A DNA stretch of 64,000 nucleotides from an uncultured Gemmatimonadales bacterium (GCA_963825055.1 CAWGSK010000030.1:18882-82881), one strand, 5' to 3'; counted from the stretch's first letter, positions 9,084 through 18,450 are shown. The notes: generated by a model from the letters alone, not told the origin. A program made the numbers and translations.

Positions 9084-12000
9084 CTACTGAGCGAAGTTGA
9101 CGATCGTAAAGCGGCCCACCCGCCGGGCGTTGCCACTCTCGATGTGGTAGAAGTACACCCCGCTGGCGACCACCTGGTTGTTGCGGTTCCGCACGTCCCA
9201 GGTCTCCGCCCCCCCGAAGGCCGCGGCGTGGTGCTCCAGCAGCCGCACCAGCACCCCGCTCGAGGAGTAGATCCGGATGATCGCATTGTCCGGCAGGTTC
9301 ACGAACTTGATGATCTTCGTGTCCGTCGTCTGCTCGAACTCGTTCGTCACGTAGTACGGATCCGGCACCGTGTGGACCTGGCTCAGGTCCGCGTCCGTCG
9401 GCGCGTTGATCTGGTTCGTCACGTCATAACTCACCCGCAACGTCGCTCCCACCGCCGTCATGGGAAGGATGTCCTCGGGGTTGGAGTACGTATACGGACC
9501 TTCGTTACCGGCATCGCCGTTACCACCGGTGATGGCGCCGACATACTGCCGGAGTGACCAGACCGTCCCGGCAGCAGGCACCTGCCCGCCGGCGAGTTCA
9601 AAGGTGAACCAGTCTCCCGGCATCGCGAGAACGAAGCCCGCGTTGGTGGCTACCGGACTCGACGTCGCCGCCGAGAGGCTCGGACTGAAGAAGGAAACCG
9701 GTCCCGGGACCACCGTCTGGCTCAGGGTATACGTATCCGAGCCGGAGATGCTCGTGCCGAGCGAGCGCACCGGCTCGACACAACCCAGGTCCGTGGAGGT
9801 CAATTCCGTGCGACCATCGAAGCATCCCGTGGTCGCGGCGTCCGCCGCGTTCAGGACGCCCCAGGTACCGCCGATCGTCGGGCTGAACGGCACCACCACG
9901 TTGTGGGTCACGTCGATCACCGAGTCGATCGCACCACCACTCCCCCAGTAGACGTTGTAGTCCGCCGCACGGTGCGCGCCGGCCTTGATGCCCTCGACCG
10001 GCCGGTACTCACCGCCACCCACCGACTGGTACGCCTGGGTATTCTGGATGGTGACCACACCGGACAGCTCGCCGGCATTGTTGAAGTTGGTGACGGTGTT
10101 GCCCGAGAAGTTGGGCTGGTTGCCCTCGATCGGGTCAACCTTGGTCTCGTTGTTCGCCGGCGAGGGGCCGTCGAACCACCGGGAGCCGTTGTAGGAGCAC
10201 CCGCTGTTGGTGGTGAAGCCGGCACGTCCATTGACGCAGCCGCGGCCGTAGAGACTGGCGTAGTCCGGGCCGCTCAGCTTCATGCTGACCTTGCCCTGGA
10301 GCGTGTAGCCCTGCCCACCGCCATACCGGGCCGCGAGGGACGGGTTCACCGCCACCGCGCCGAACTGCGCGGAGCCGGACACGACACCGATCTCCTGGTT
10401 CATGGTGATCGGGATCGAGAACGTTGAGGTATCAGGCCCGGAAGCCGCCGTCCACCAGTACACGTGCGGGGAGCCGCCGTACGGCGAGCCCAGCGCGATG
10501 CTGTCGAGCGTGGCGGAGAAGCTGCCGGAGGTGCTCAGCACGCTGGCCACGAAGTCACCGAACCCGATGGTCCACGACTTCGCCGGCGGGAACGGCCCGG
10601 AGAACTGCCCCGTGGTCGGGTCGATGGTCGGGAGCGGCTGGGTCGGGTCGAGCACCACGCCACGGCCTTCGATGTTGGCGCTGGTGATCGTGCCGACGTT
10701 CTCATAGTTCGCCGCCGGCCGCCGCGGGGTCACCGGCTTGGTGTTGCGCGGCGACTCGAGATTCGACGGACCGGACTGGAACGAGTTGATGTCGAACGCC
10801 GTCACGGAATAGAAATACCGGAAGTTATTCCGTGGCGTCTGGTCCACGTACACGAACGGCACGCCGTTATCCGACAGCTGCGGATATACGGTGTTGTTGC
10901 CCGTCACCGCCGTGTCCGCGATCAGGACGATCGCCGTCCCGTCGGCCAGTGCCGTCCGCTCGCCCAGCTTCACCTGGACGATCTGTCCCACCAGCGGCAC
11001 GTCATTGTGCGCCGTCCGGGGCACGCCCGGGGTGATGGGATCGTACGTCGTGGGGCAGTCGGTCGTGATGGCCAGTTCCGGCGCGCAGAGCGGCGTCGGG
11101 TTCACCTGGGCCGCGTAGTCCGAAATGACCGTGCCGCCGTAGTCGAACTGCGCGAGCAGGGTCAGCGAGTTCGGCGCGTCCACCCGGCCCCGGTAGACCC
11201 GGTAGCCTTCGACGTCGAACTGGCGGTAGTTCGGGTCATACAGGGAATTCGTCGGATCCGAGGCCAGCTGGTAGTACGGGTCACCCGTGGTCTCGGAGAC
11301 CGAGGGGCGCCACAGCACCGTCACCTGGTTGTCGCCCGGCACCAGGAAGAACTCTGGCGGTTCCGGGGCGAACGGGAGCAGGAACCCACCGTCGAACACG
11401 GCCTGCGCCACCCGCGCCTTGCCGAGCAGGGAGCCCGGGACCACGTCAAACTCTTCCTGCTCCAGGATCCCGTTACCACTGGTGTCCGTGGCGCTCAGGA
11501 AGCCGGTCAGCGAGTCGATCGGGTTGACCCCGTTCGCCACGATGGCCGGGTCGGTCAGGCCCGCGATGATCGTCGGGTTGCCAGGCGGCACGTTACAGCT
11601 CGGGCCGGGGCAGGTGCCGGTCTGGACCGGGGCGGCGAAGATGTACGCCACCACTACCGAGCCGAACTCGCCCGGGCCCAGGGTCAGCGGGCCGGACGAC
11701 TGATAGAAGCGCATGTCGAACGGACCGCTGCCGCGAATGAAGCAGATCTTCGTATTGACCGGGTCGAAGTTACAGGCGTCGTCGCCGGCGGCCGTGTTGA
11801 TGTTGCCGGAGACGTAGCGCCACAGCTGTGTCGTGTTCCCGGGATCGGAGAAGCCGCCGCCGTTCGTGGTGTTGCTGAACAGCGTCAGGCCCACTTCCTG
11901 GCCATTGATCTCCGGGCTCTTCAGGTATTTCACGCCGACGAAGCCGGCGCCGGAGAAGAAGGGCTTGGAGAAGATGGCCGGGTCGAAGGACCAGCCATCC

Positions 12001-12965
12001 ACCCGGGAGAACGCGTTCTCGTAGGTATAGCCCAGGGAAAACGGCACGTTCACCGACGCGTAGTTGTTGCCGGCGCTGCCCACGTCCATGTCCGCCGAGA
12101 AGTTGGCGTACAGGTCCGTGATGGTGTAGCCCCCGCTCGGCAGGGTCACGCCGAAGGTGCTGTTGTTCCGCTGCTGGAACTCCTGGGCCTTCTGGATCAG
12201 GATGTCCCGCATCCCCGGCCGGACGGCGGCATAGTCCGCCGGATTCGCGGACGTAACGTTGTAGAACGTGTAGACGAAGTAGACGATGTCTTCATTGCCC
12301 GATGGGTAGTTCCAGCCCATGCCACGCTGTTCCACCATGACACCCAGCGGGTGCGGCCGGCCGGCGATCAGGCCCGGGTTGCCGTCCCACGTGAGCCACC
12401 AGACGTCGCCCTGCGAGGCCGAGGTCCGGCCCTGCAGGAGCGGGTTGAAGATGTCGGCCGTCGCGTCGCCGCTCGGCACCCGGGCCGCCAGGGCCACCGG
12501 GTCGCTCGTGGCCGCGTCACCGATGAAGGCCGCATCGGCCAGGTTGGTCGTGTTGTAGATCGGCGCGACTTCATCACCGTGGGTCGTGGTGCCCTTCGGG
12601 TCGAAGAGGAACGCGCCAGTCGTGTCGCCGGCCCACGGACCGCCGTTGGGGCCGATGATGCCGGCCACCTGCAGGCCGGAGTTGAAGACGTACTGGTCGG
12701 CCGTACCCTTCGGCCAGAAGCCGCCACCGATCGTGGACGAGTTGTTCGAGTCAACGCAGACCTCGCCGATGCTCGTCAGGCCGCAATAGACGCGGTTGAT
12801 CGTGAGCGCCCCGAGAGCTCGGGCAAACAGGCGGAACCCGCGGGTGTTTTTGGCGCCCGGCTCCGGCGACGCGGACGCTACCTGGGGCAGCGCCGCGGCG
12901 AGGGCCAGGGCCAGCAGCCCCGCCAGCATCACGCCTCGCTTACGAAGTAGTGAGTGCATTGGCAT
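9084..12965 (-). CDS. Large secreted protein (1293 aa) with a T9SS C-terminal sorting domain; function unknown
   Basis: Signal peptide MPMHSLLRKRGVMLAGLLALALAAALPQVASA. The C-terminus IIRIYSSSGVLVRLL...WDVRNRNNQVVASGVYFYHIESGNARRVGRFTIVNFAQ fits the Por secretion tail pattern. Cysteines occur in pairs. I recognised no catalytic motif. Confidence 0.7.
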   Translation of the reverse strand: MPMHSLLRKRGVMLAGLLALALAAALPQVASASPEPGAKNTRGFRLFARALGALTINRVYCGLTSIGEVCVDSNNSSTIGGGFWPKGTADQYVFNSGLQVAGIIGPNGGPWAGDTTGAFLFDPKGTTTHGDEVAPIYNTTNLADAAFIGDAATSDPVALAARVPSGDATADIFNPLLQGRTSASQGDVWWLTWDGNPGLIAGRPHPLGVMVEQRGMGWNYPSGNEDIVYFVYTFYNVTSANPADYAAVRPGMRDILIQKAQEFQQRNNSTFGVTLPSGGYTITDLYANFSADMDVGSAGNNYASVNVPFSLGYTYENAFSRVDGWSFDPAIFSKPFFSGAGFVGVKYLKSPEINGQEVGLTLFSNTTNGGGFSDPGNTTQLWRYVSGNINTAAGDDACNFDPVNTKICFIRGSGPFDMRFYQSSGPLTLGPGEFGSVVVAYIFAAPVQTGTCPGPSCNVPPGNPTIIAGLTDPAIVANGVNPIDSLTGFLSATDTSGNGILEQEEFDVVPGSLLGKARVAQAVFDGGFLLPFAPEPPEFFLVPGDNQVTVLWRPSVSETTGDPYYQLASDPTNSLYDPNYRQFDVEGYRVYRGRVDAPNSLTLLAQFDYGGTVISDYAAQVNPTPLCAPELAITTDCPTTYDPITPGVPRTAHNDVPLVGQIVQVKLGERTALADGTAIVLIADTAVTGNNTVYPQLSDNGVPFVYVDQTPRNNFRYFYSVTAFDINSFQSGPSNLESPRNTKPVTPRRPAANYENVGTITSANIEGRGVVLDPTQPLPTIDPTTGQFSGPFPPAKSWTIGFGDFVASVLSTSGSFSATLDSIALGSPYGGSPHVYWWTAASGPDTSTFSIPITMNQEIGVVSGSAQFGAVAVNPSLAARYGGGQGYTLQGKVSMKLSGPDYASLYGRGCVNGRAGFTTNSGCSYNGSRWFDGPSPANNETKVDPIEGNQPNFSGNTVTNFNNAGELSGVVTIQNTQAYQSVGGGEYRPVEGIKAGAHRAADYNVYWGSGGAIDSVIDVTHNVVVPFSPTIGGTWGVLNAADAATTGCFDGRTELTSTDLGCVEPVRSLGTSISGSDTYTLSQTVVPGPVSFFSPSLSAATSSPVATNAGFVLAMPGDWFTFELAGGQVPAAGTVWSLRQYVGAITGGNGDAGNEGPYTYSNPEDILPMTAVGATLRVSYDVTNQINAPTDADLSQVHTVPDPYYVTNEFEQTTDTKIIKFVNLPDNAIIRIYSSSGVLVRLLEHHAAAFGGAETWDVRNRNNQVVASGVYFYHIESGNARRVGRFTIVNFAQ

Positions 12966-13034
12966 CCTCTCTCGTGCTTAAACGTGTGGTTGGCCAGCCG
13001 GTCCGTTGCCGGACCGGCCAGCCCCCCGTGAGTA

Positions 13035-16000
13035 CTAGAAGTTGACTTCGATGCCGAGGCGCAGCCGCCGCGGGGTACCGGTAAAGTTGTCCGTCCCGCG
13101 GCCGATGAAGTAGAGCGCGTCAGAGGCCGCCTTCTGCTCATCCAGGCTGAAGATGTGGTCACCGTCGCCGTAGCGCTGTTCCGCCCGGATCAGGTACACG
13201 CAGCTTGGCGAGGCAGGGGTACCGCCCGCGGTCTGCCACGAGCCGCAGCCCGAGGCCACCGCGCCACCGAAGCGAAGGTCGATGGAGCCGTCGCCACCGT
13301 AGACCGCGTTCTTGATGGCCTCCGAGGCGAACAGCGAGCTGTCCGACTTGAACTGCTGGACCTGCTCCACCTCGTTCACGATGTCGTTCGTGGTCGTGAA
13401 GACCTGGAGAACATTCCGGAAGTTGAGGATGTTGCGGGCGTCCAGGTAGGCGGTCAATTCGACGCCGCCGAGCCCGAAGCCCTTCGTGAAGCGCATGTCG
13501 AGCTGCTTGAATGCCGGCTCACGGGCGCCGAAGAAGTCACCCACGAAGTTCTGGTTGCAGACCTGCCCGCTGACGACGCCGCGGTTACCGAGGTCGTCAC
13601 CCGGGCACTTCGTGTAGGCCTCACCGCTGGAATACCGGAAGAGCGCCGTGATACCGACGTTCCCCAGGATCGATCCCAGCGTGGTCCCCTGCTTGAAGTC
13701 GTCAGGAATCGTGAGGGCGAAGGAGCCGGTGAGGTTATGCGGACGGCTCGTCGCAGTCGGGAAAATGCCCTGCGGCGGCGGCTGGTTGCCACCCGAGACC
13801 TGGTTCACGATCCGGGAGCCGAAGTTGATGTAGGTGAACGGGTCGGACCCGGTGTTCTTCGCATCCTGGTACGTGTAGGCCAGGACGCCGTTGAAGAAGC
13901 GGCCGATCCGGCGGTCGAGCCGGACGTCGATACCGCGGGTGTTGCCGAAGTCCGCGGAGGTGAGCACCCGGATGTCCTGGTTCCGGCCGAAGAGCGGATC
14001 GAACTTCGAGATGAGCCGGCCGGCCGCGTTGGACAGGTTGTCCTTGTTGTACGCGGAGAGGTCGAGCACCATGTCGTCGCTGAACGCGTGACGGATGCCG
14101 AACTCGAAGGTGATCGTCTTGCCGAAGTCCAGGTCGGACCCGTAGACGTGGTTCGTGTTGGTGATGGCCAGGTCCGTGTTGATACCGGTCAGGACCACGC
14201 CGAAGTCCGGTACCTGCACCTGGTGGGCGTAGGAGAGCCGGAAGTTCGTGCGGTCGGTCACCGGGAAGGAGACCTGGATGTGCGGGCTCACATAGTTGTG
14301 GCTCTGGTCCCGCACGAAGTTCGCTGTCGGGTCCGTCGGGTCGAAGCCCGGGGCCGACGAGATCCGCGGGAAGTCAGCCGGACGGCTCGCACGGGAATCG
14401 TAGTAGTCGTACCGCAGGCCGCCGACCAGGACCACGTCACCGAGGTCGAGACGATCCTCAAGGAAGAGGTCGTAGCGGATCGGCTTCTCGTGGAAGATGT
14501 CCGAGAAGGCCTGGCTGGTGAGGCTGTGTGAGTAGCTGGCAATGTCGTACCGGGTGAATTCGCCGCCGATCTTCACACGGTTGTACCGGTCGAGCTGCCA
14601 GTCCAGGTTGGCCTTGCCGACCACGCGCTTTTCATTGTACAGCGACATCCGGCCGGTCGGACCGCCGCCCTCGGCGAAGCCCGTCAGGCCGTACGCATTG
14701 TTCCGGTATACGTCGATGACGTTGTACTGGTCGCGATTTTCCAGGTCGAACGGCGAGCGACGCGACCCCGGCGTGTTCAGCCGGTAGTTGTTGATCAGCT
14801 CATCATTGATCGGGAAATTGTCGAAGTTGAACAGGAAGTCCATGCTGCCGAGAATGAACCCACCCCACGGATTGCGGGTGTCGATCTCGCTCTGCCGCGT
14901 GAGCGGCGCGAGGATCGTCTGGTCGGTCTGGTAGGACAGGGCGACGTCAAGCGCCAGCGCCCGCTCCGCCGACCGCGCCAGGTTCTGGGTCCAGCCCAGC
15001 GTGACGTTGTTGCTGCGGGACCGGTTGCCGAACAGCGCCTGCGGATTGTACAGGTTGCCGTAGCTGAAGTTCCGGCCCTGGCTCTGGCTCCGCTGCCCGC
15101 TCAGGAAGATGCGGCTGCCCTGGCCGAACGTGTAGTTCATCTTGCCGGCCAGCTGGTAGACCGTCGAGGCACTGACCGGAATCCGGATGCCCTGGCAGTC
15201 CGCGCCGTAGTTGTTCTTGATATCCGCGTTCGTGCTGTTGTCAAACGCGTCGCACTTGCCCGTGTAGATCGCGTAGTTCGACACGTCCACGAACGACGTG
15301 TCCGCATTCGGGCCGAAGTTGCTGGGCACCGCGACCGTGGTGTCGATCCCCGCCTCGACGAACAGCGGGTAGTTCTCGACGCCCTGGCCGCTTTCCGCCG
15401 ACTGCTGCCCCTCGAGCACGCCCGAGAGGAAGAAGGTCAGGTTCTCGCGGACGGGGCCGCTGACGCTGGCTCCGATGCGGTTGAAGCCCGGACCGGCCGT
15501 CTTGCCGAAGACCTCGTCCGTCTCGTAGCGCAGGTTGCCGGCAAAGCTCTGGCCGCCGTTGCGGGTTTCAATGTTGATGATACCCGACTGCGCGTTGCCA
15601 AACTCGGCCGATGATGCGCCCGTCGTGACCGACGCCTGCTCGAACCCGTTGGTGCCGACGGAAATACCGCCGGTACCGTTCGAGCCCACGAAGGCATTGC
15701 CACGGTAGCCCGGCGAGACCGGCACGCCGTCAATGTACGTGGCCGCCTCGTCGGACCGGCCGCCCCGGATGTTGATGCGGCCACCGCTCGGGCTCGCCAC
15801 GACACCTGGCTGCAGTGCCAGCACGTCGTTGATCCGGTCGGCCGGCAGCTTGGCGACGTAGTCACCGTCCAGCCGCTGCTTGGTCGAGACCTCGTCTCGA
15901 GGCACCAGCTGCTGCCGCGCGCCGACCACGACGACCGAGTCCACCTGGAACGGCGTCTGCTCGAGCGTGACGTCCGTGGTCAGCGTCTGGCCGGCGAGGA

Positions 16001-16301
16001 CCTTGATGTCCCGCACCTCCGTACGCTTGTAACCCACGAACGCGGCCCGTACGGTCGCAGGACCGATCGGCACGTTGTTGAAGAAGTAGTAACCCTGGTT
16101 GTTGGTCAGAGTCGCGAACGCGGTACCCACGATGGTGACCTGGGCATTCGCAATCGGTGCACCCGACTGATCGCGTACTCTGCCTTCGATCTTACCAGTC
16201 GCCTGCGCATAGAGCGATCCCGCTCCAAGCGCGAGGCCGACTGCCGCCAGCGCAAACCACCGCGCTGCGCGGGCGAAGGCCCCTACACAACTTTGTTTCA
16301 T
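13035..16301 (-). CDS. TonB-dependent receptor-like outer membrane barrel with an N-terminal carboxypeptidase-regulatory-like domain (Oar-like architecture)
   Basis: ORF 13035..16355. ATG 16301 is preceded by GGAGG. The signal ends ...GAGSLYAQ. The N-terminal domain reads GKIEGRVRDQSGAPIANAQVTIVGT...NNQGYYFFNNVP. Plug motifs are LALQPGVV and INIRGGRSDEAATYIDGVP. The C-terminal residue is F (LRLGIEVNF). Confidence 0.8.
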   Translation of the reverse strand: MKQSCVGAFARAARWFALAAVGLALGAGSLYAQATGKIEGRVRDQSGAPIANAQVTIVGTAFATLTNNQGYYFFNNVPIGPATVRAAFVGYKRTEVRDIKVLAGQTLTTDVTLEQTPFQVDSVVVVGARQQLVPRDEVSTKQRLDGDYVAKLPADRINDVLALQPGVVASPSGGRINIRGGRSDEAATYIDGVPVSPGYRGNAFVGSNGTGGISVGTNGFEQASVTTGASSAEFGNAQSGIINIETRNGGQSFAGNLRYETDEVFGKTAGPGFNRIGASVSGPVRENLTFFLSGVLEGQQSAESGQGVENYPLFVEAGIDTTVAVPSNFGPNADTSFVDVSNYAIYTGKCDAFDNSTNADIKNNYGADCQGIRIPVSASTVYQLAGKMNYTFGQGSRIFLSGQRSQSQGRNFSYGNLYNPQALFGNRSRSNNVTLGWTQNLARSAERALALDVALSYQTDQTILAPLTRQSEIDTRNPWGGFILGSMDFLFNFDNFPINDELINNYRLNTPGSRRSPFDLENRDQYNVIDVYRNNAYGLTGFAEGGGPTGRMSLYNEKRVVGKANLDWQLDRYNRVKIGGEFTRYDIASYSHSLTSQAFSDIFHEKPIRYDLFLEDRLDLGDVVLVGGLRYDYYDSRASRPADFPRISSAPGFDPTDPTANFVRDQSHNYVSPHIQVSFPVTDRTNFRLSYAHQVQVPDFGVVLTGINTDLAITNTNHVYGSDLDFGKTITFEFGIRHAFSDDMVLDLSAYNKDNLSNAAGRLISKFDPLFGRNQDIRVLTSADFGNTRGIDVRLDRRIGRFFNGVLAYTYQDAKNTGSDPFTYINFGSRIVNQVSGGNQPPPQGIFPTATSRPHNLTGSFALTIPDDFKQGTTLGSILGNVGITALFRYSSGEAYTKCPGDDLGNRGVVSGQVCNQNFVGDFFGAREPAFKQLDMRFTKGFGLGGVELTAYLDARNILNFRNVLQVFTTTNDIVNEVEQVQQFKSDSSLFASEAIKNAVYGGDGSIDLRFGGAVASGCGSWQTAGGTPASPSCVYLIRAEQRYGDGDHIFSLDEQKAASDALYFIGRGTDNFTGTPRRLRLGIEVNF

Positions 16302-16483
16302 GGAGTCCTCCAATGGCGTGATCACGAAGTACTGCCGAGCCATCAACAAACGCACGTCCCCCCGGCAGATTCCTGGGGACGATAGACCCTGATGCTGGAC
16401 ACGGACCTGCTAGTAAAGCGAGGGGTTGCAACTAGCTGACTTCTGAGATCTTGGACTCCGGTCGCGGCCCGACCGGAGCAGAC

Positions 16484-16512
16484 AATATGGGACGCCCCCT
16501 GTAGCATGTCAA
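16484..16512 (-). promoter_or_regulatory. Sigma70-like promoter candidate for the envelope operon
   Basis: The minus strand reads TTGACA, a 17-nt spacer, then CATATT. A perfect 9-bp hairpin follows immediately (16456..16478, CTCCGGTCG/CGACCGGAG). The ATG at 16301 is about 180 nt downstream. Confidence 0.4.
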
Positions 16513-16583
16513 GAAAGCGTCACGACTTGCGACATTCGGTGCGAGCCGGTGTAACCCTGTGAAACATCGTGAGATGACCTCGA

Positions 16584-16655
16584 GGCGGTGAAGACGGTCA
16601 GGACGGTCAGGGCGGTCTGGGCGGTCTGGGCGGTCTTGTCCGTCCTGTCCGTCAT
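16584..16655. repeat. Tandem 9-nt repeat array (8 units) forming an imperfect palindrome at the 3' end of the M24 peptidase gene
   Basis: Units are GGCGGTGAA GACGGTCAG GACGGTCAG GGCGGTCTG GGCGGTCTG GGCGGTCTT GTCCGTCCT GTCCGTCAT. The outer units are inverted copies: GACGGTCAGGACGG versus CCGTCCTGTCCGTC, with 1 mismatch. Confidence 0.8.
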
Positions 16656-17827
16656 GCCACTATCAGATCCACCTGCGGCGCCTCCGGCGTCACCCGCGGA
16701 CCGGAGAGACCCATATGGACGTTGATCTCGCTCCGAACCCCGAAACGACCCTCAAGATACACCCCGGGCTCCACCGAAAAACCCACTCCCGGTAAAAGGA
16801 CCCGCTCATCCCGGGTTTCGTAACTGTCCAGATGTGGCCCCGAGCCGTGAAGGTCACGATCGATGGAGTGTCCTGTCCGGTGGACAAATGCCTCACCGTA
16901 GCCGGCCCCTTCTATAATAGCCCGCGCTGCCCGGTCCAGCTCGAACCCCCTGACAGGCCGCCCGGCAGAAGCCGCCGACCGCGCCAGCTCGACCGCGGCA
17001 TCCCGGGCATCACGTACCGTTTCCCAGACGGAAAGCACGTCCGCCGGCGGCTCGGCCCCGGCAAACCCCATCCAGGTCTGGTCGGCGAAGACCGTCCGCC
17101 GACTCCGGCCACCCCACAGGTCCAGCAACACCACATCCCCCGCCTGAAGCTCCGCGTCCTTCCCCTCCATCGGCTCATAGTGCGGATTGGCCGAGTTCGG
17201 CCCGAAACCCACAATCGGAAGGGTATCGAGGGCAAGCCCGCCCTCCTTCATGTCCGCAATCACCCGCCGCTGGAGTTCCACTTCCCGAAGACCCGATCCA
17301 GCCTGCCGAACTGCGTCCTGCACCGCCCGCCGGGCGACCCGGGCCAGTACCTCCGCCGCGAAAAGGTGGTCCTCCAGCTCCTCCGGGGTCCAGGCCGCGG
17401 CAAAACGGGTCACGAGGCTGGAGGACGGAACCACGGTGGCCCCGAGACGGGTCAGGAGCTGGATCACGCCATGGGGCACACGGTCCAGGTAGGGCACCGC
17501 ATCCTCGGGCGAGACCTCCATGGCGACCGTCCGGCCGGCGACCACCCCACGCAGCGCCTCATGCAACTCCTCCCAGCGGGCATACGGCACGACGCGCCCG
17601 GGAAAGTCCTTGAACGGCTGCAACTCGATCCGGTGCACGACGGCCACCGGGTCGCCCGCTTTCGGCAGGTAGACGAACAGCCGGCGTGTTCCCATGCCCA
17701 GGGGGCCAAGCATCCTCGGCGTGACCGGGTTCACCCCATGGAAATCGTAGAGGAGCCAGCCATCGGCTCCCAGTTCATTCAGGGTCTCGGCCAGAAGGCC
17801 TCGATCCAGCCCCGCCAGGTCGGTCAT
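16652..17827 (-). CDS. M24-family metallopeptidase (Xaa-Pro aminopeptidase/dipeptidase-like)
   Basis: 391 aa. Metal-ligand motifs of the pita-bread fold are present: HRTGHSIDRDLHGSGP and VGFSVEPGVY. Confidence 0.8.
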   Translation of the reverse strand: MTDLAGLDRGLLAETLNELGADGWLLYDFHGVNPVTPRMLGPLGMGTRRLFVYLPKAGDPVAVVHRIELQPFKDFPGRVVPYARWEELHEALRGVVAGRTVAMEVSPEDAVPYLDRVPHGVIQLLTRLGATVVPSSSLVTRFAAAWTPEELEDHLFAAEVLARVARRAVQDAVRQAGSGLREVELQRRVIADMKEGGLALDTLPIVGFGPNSANPHYEPMEGKDAELQAGDVVLLDLWGGRSRRTVFADQTWMGFAGAEPPADVLSVWETVRDARDAAVELARSAASAGRPVRGFELDRAARAIIEGAGYGEAFVHRTGHSIDRDLHGSGPHLDSYETRDERVLLPGVGFSVEPGVYLEGRFGVRSEINVHMGLSGPRVTPEAPQVDLIVA

Positions 17828-18450
17828 TCGTCATCTCCCACGTGCGTTGCTTCCCAGTGACAGCGAGCCGCCCCCTGCATCCGGCACCCGCGGTGCAGCA
17901 TCGCCCCCTCGAACCCGGTCTGCAGCCGGAGGAGCTCGGCGAAGGCCGCCCCGTAGAAGGCGCAACTCCGCGAGGCGCCGTCAGACATCACCCCGATGGG
18001 CTCGGCGAGCTCCGCCTCGGCAGTGGACCCGCTCATGGTCAGGCGGCCGCGGAACACCCGCCACGCCACCCGCCGCGCCACGCGAAAGCCGACCCGCCGG
18101 CCCAGAAAACCCGGCGTCGAGTGCACCAGCGACCGCACCGCGATGGTGGCGGTACGCACCGCGTGCCGGGCTGCACGCCGCCCCGCGTCGGCAAAGACAA
18201 GCGAAGCATCGGGGCGCCGGTCCACCAGGCGGAATACTGACACCACCTCTTCCTCGGGGAGCGACTGGTTGCGACGCATGGCATCCGTGTAGCGCTGGAT
18301 CTGCGCCGCCACGGTGGCGCTCAGGCCAAGCCGCTTCGCGACGATTTCTGCCGCGACCTCGCTCAGGCCGTCTTCCACGGGCGTATCGAGGTTGCGCATC
18401 GCTTCGAGCAGGCTCAACGGGATGATCGCGGAGACGCGGTCGGCTGGCAC
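17824..18450 (-). CDS. Hypothetical protein with a V4R-like cysteine motif at the C-terminus (small-molecule-binding domain candidate)
   Basis: C-terminal part of ORF 17824..18906. The tail reads SCAFYGAAFAELLRLQTGFEGAMLHRGCRMQGAARCHWEA. The start is uncertain: GTG 18450, ATG 18399 or ATG 18564. Codon bias weakens upstream of about 18450. The stop overlaps the ATG of the M24 gene (ATGA at 17824..17827). Confidence 0.45.
   Translation of the reverse strand: MPADRVSAIIPLSLLEAMRNLDTPVEDGLSEVAAEIVAKRLGLSATVAAQIQRYTDAMRRNQSLPEEEVVSVFRLVDRRPDASLVFADAGRRAARHAVRTATIAVRSLVHSTPGFLGRRVGFRVARRVAWRVFRGRLTMSGSTAEAELAEPIGVMSDGASRSCAFYGAAFAELLRLQTGFEGAMLHRGCRMQGAARCHWEATHVGDDE

Noticed and set aside
10464-12950. 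828-aa plus-strand ORF. Similar very long ORFs occur at 1524..3149 (-), 2972..4489 (-), 7824..9014 (+), 13155..14531 (+), 28890..30707 (-), 48317..49681 (-), 52000..53883 (-), 53920..55017 (-) and 56081..57340 (-).
   Set aside because: All lie antisense to, or out of frame with, genes that have clear family motifs. Their translations are Arg/Gly/Pro/Ala-rich low-complexity strings, typical of stop-poor alternative frames in high-GC DNA.
9084-12965. The 1293-aa protein next to PorV considered as PorU (the T9SS C-terminal signal peptidase)
   Set aside because: No gingipain/C25-like catalytic His and Cys context is visible, and all cysteines occur as close pairs that suggest disulfides. A profile search is needed to exclude this definitively.
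16584-16655. Short tandem repeats considered as a CRISPR array (also 25429..25512, 30897..31021, 36779..36850 and 59875..59951)
   Set aside because: The units are only 7-9 nt and directly abut one another with no spacers. No cas genes are present. The arrays are palindromic hairpins.
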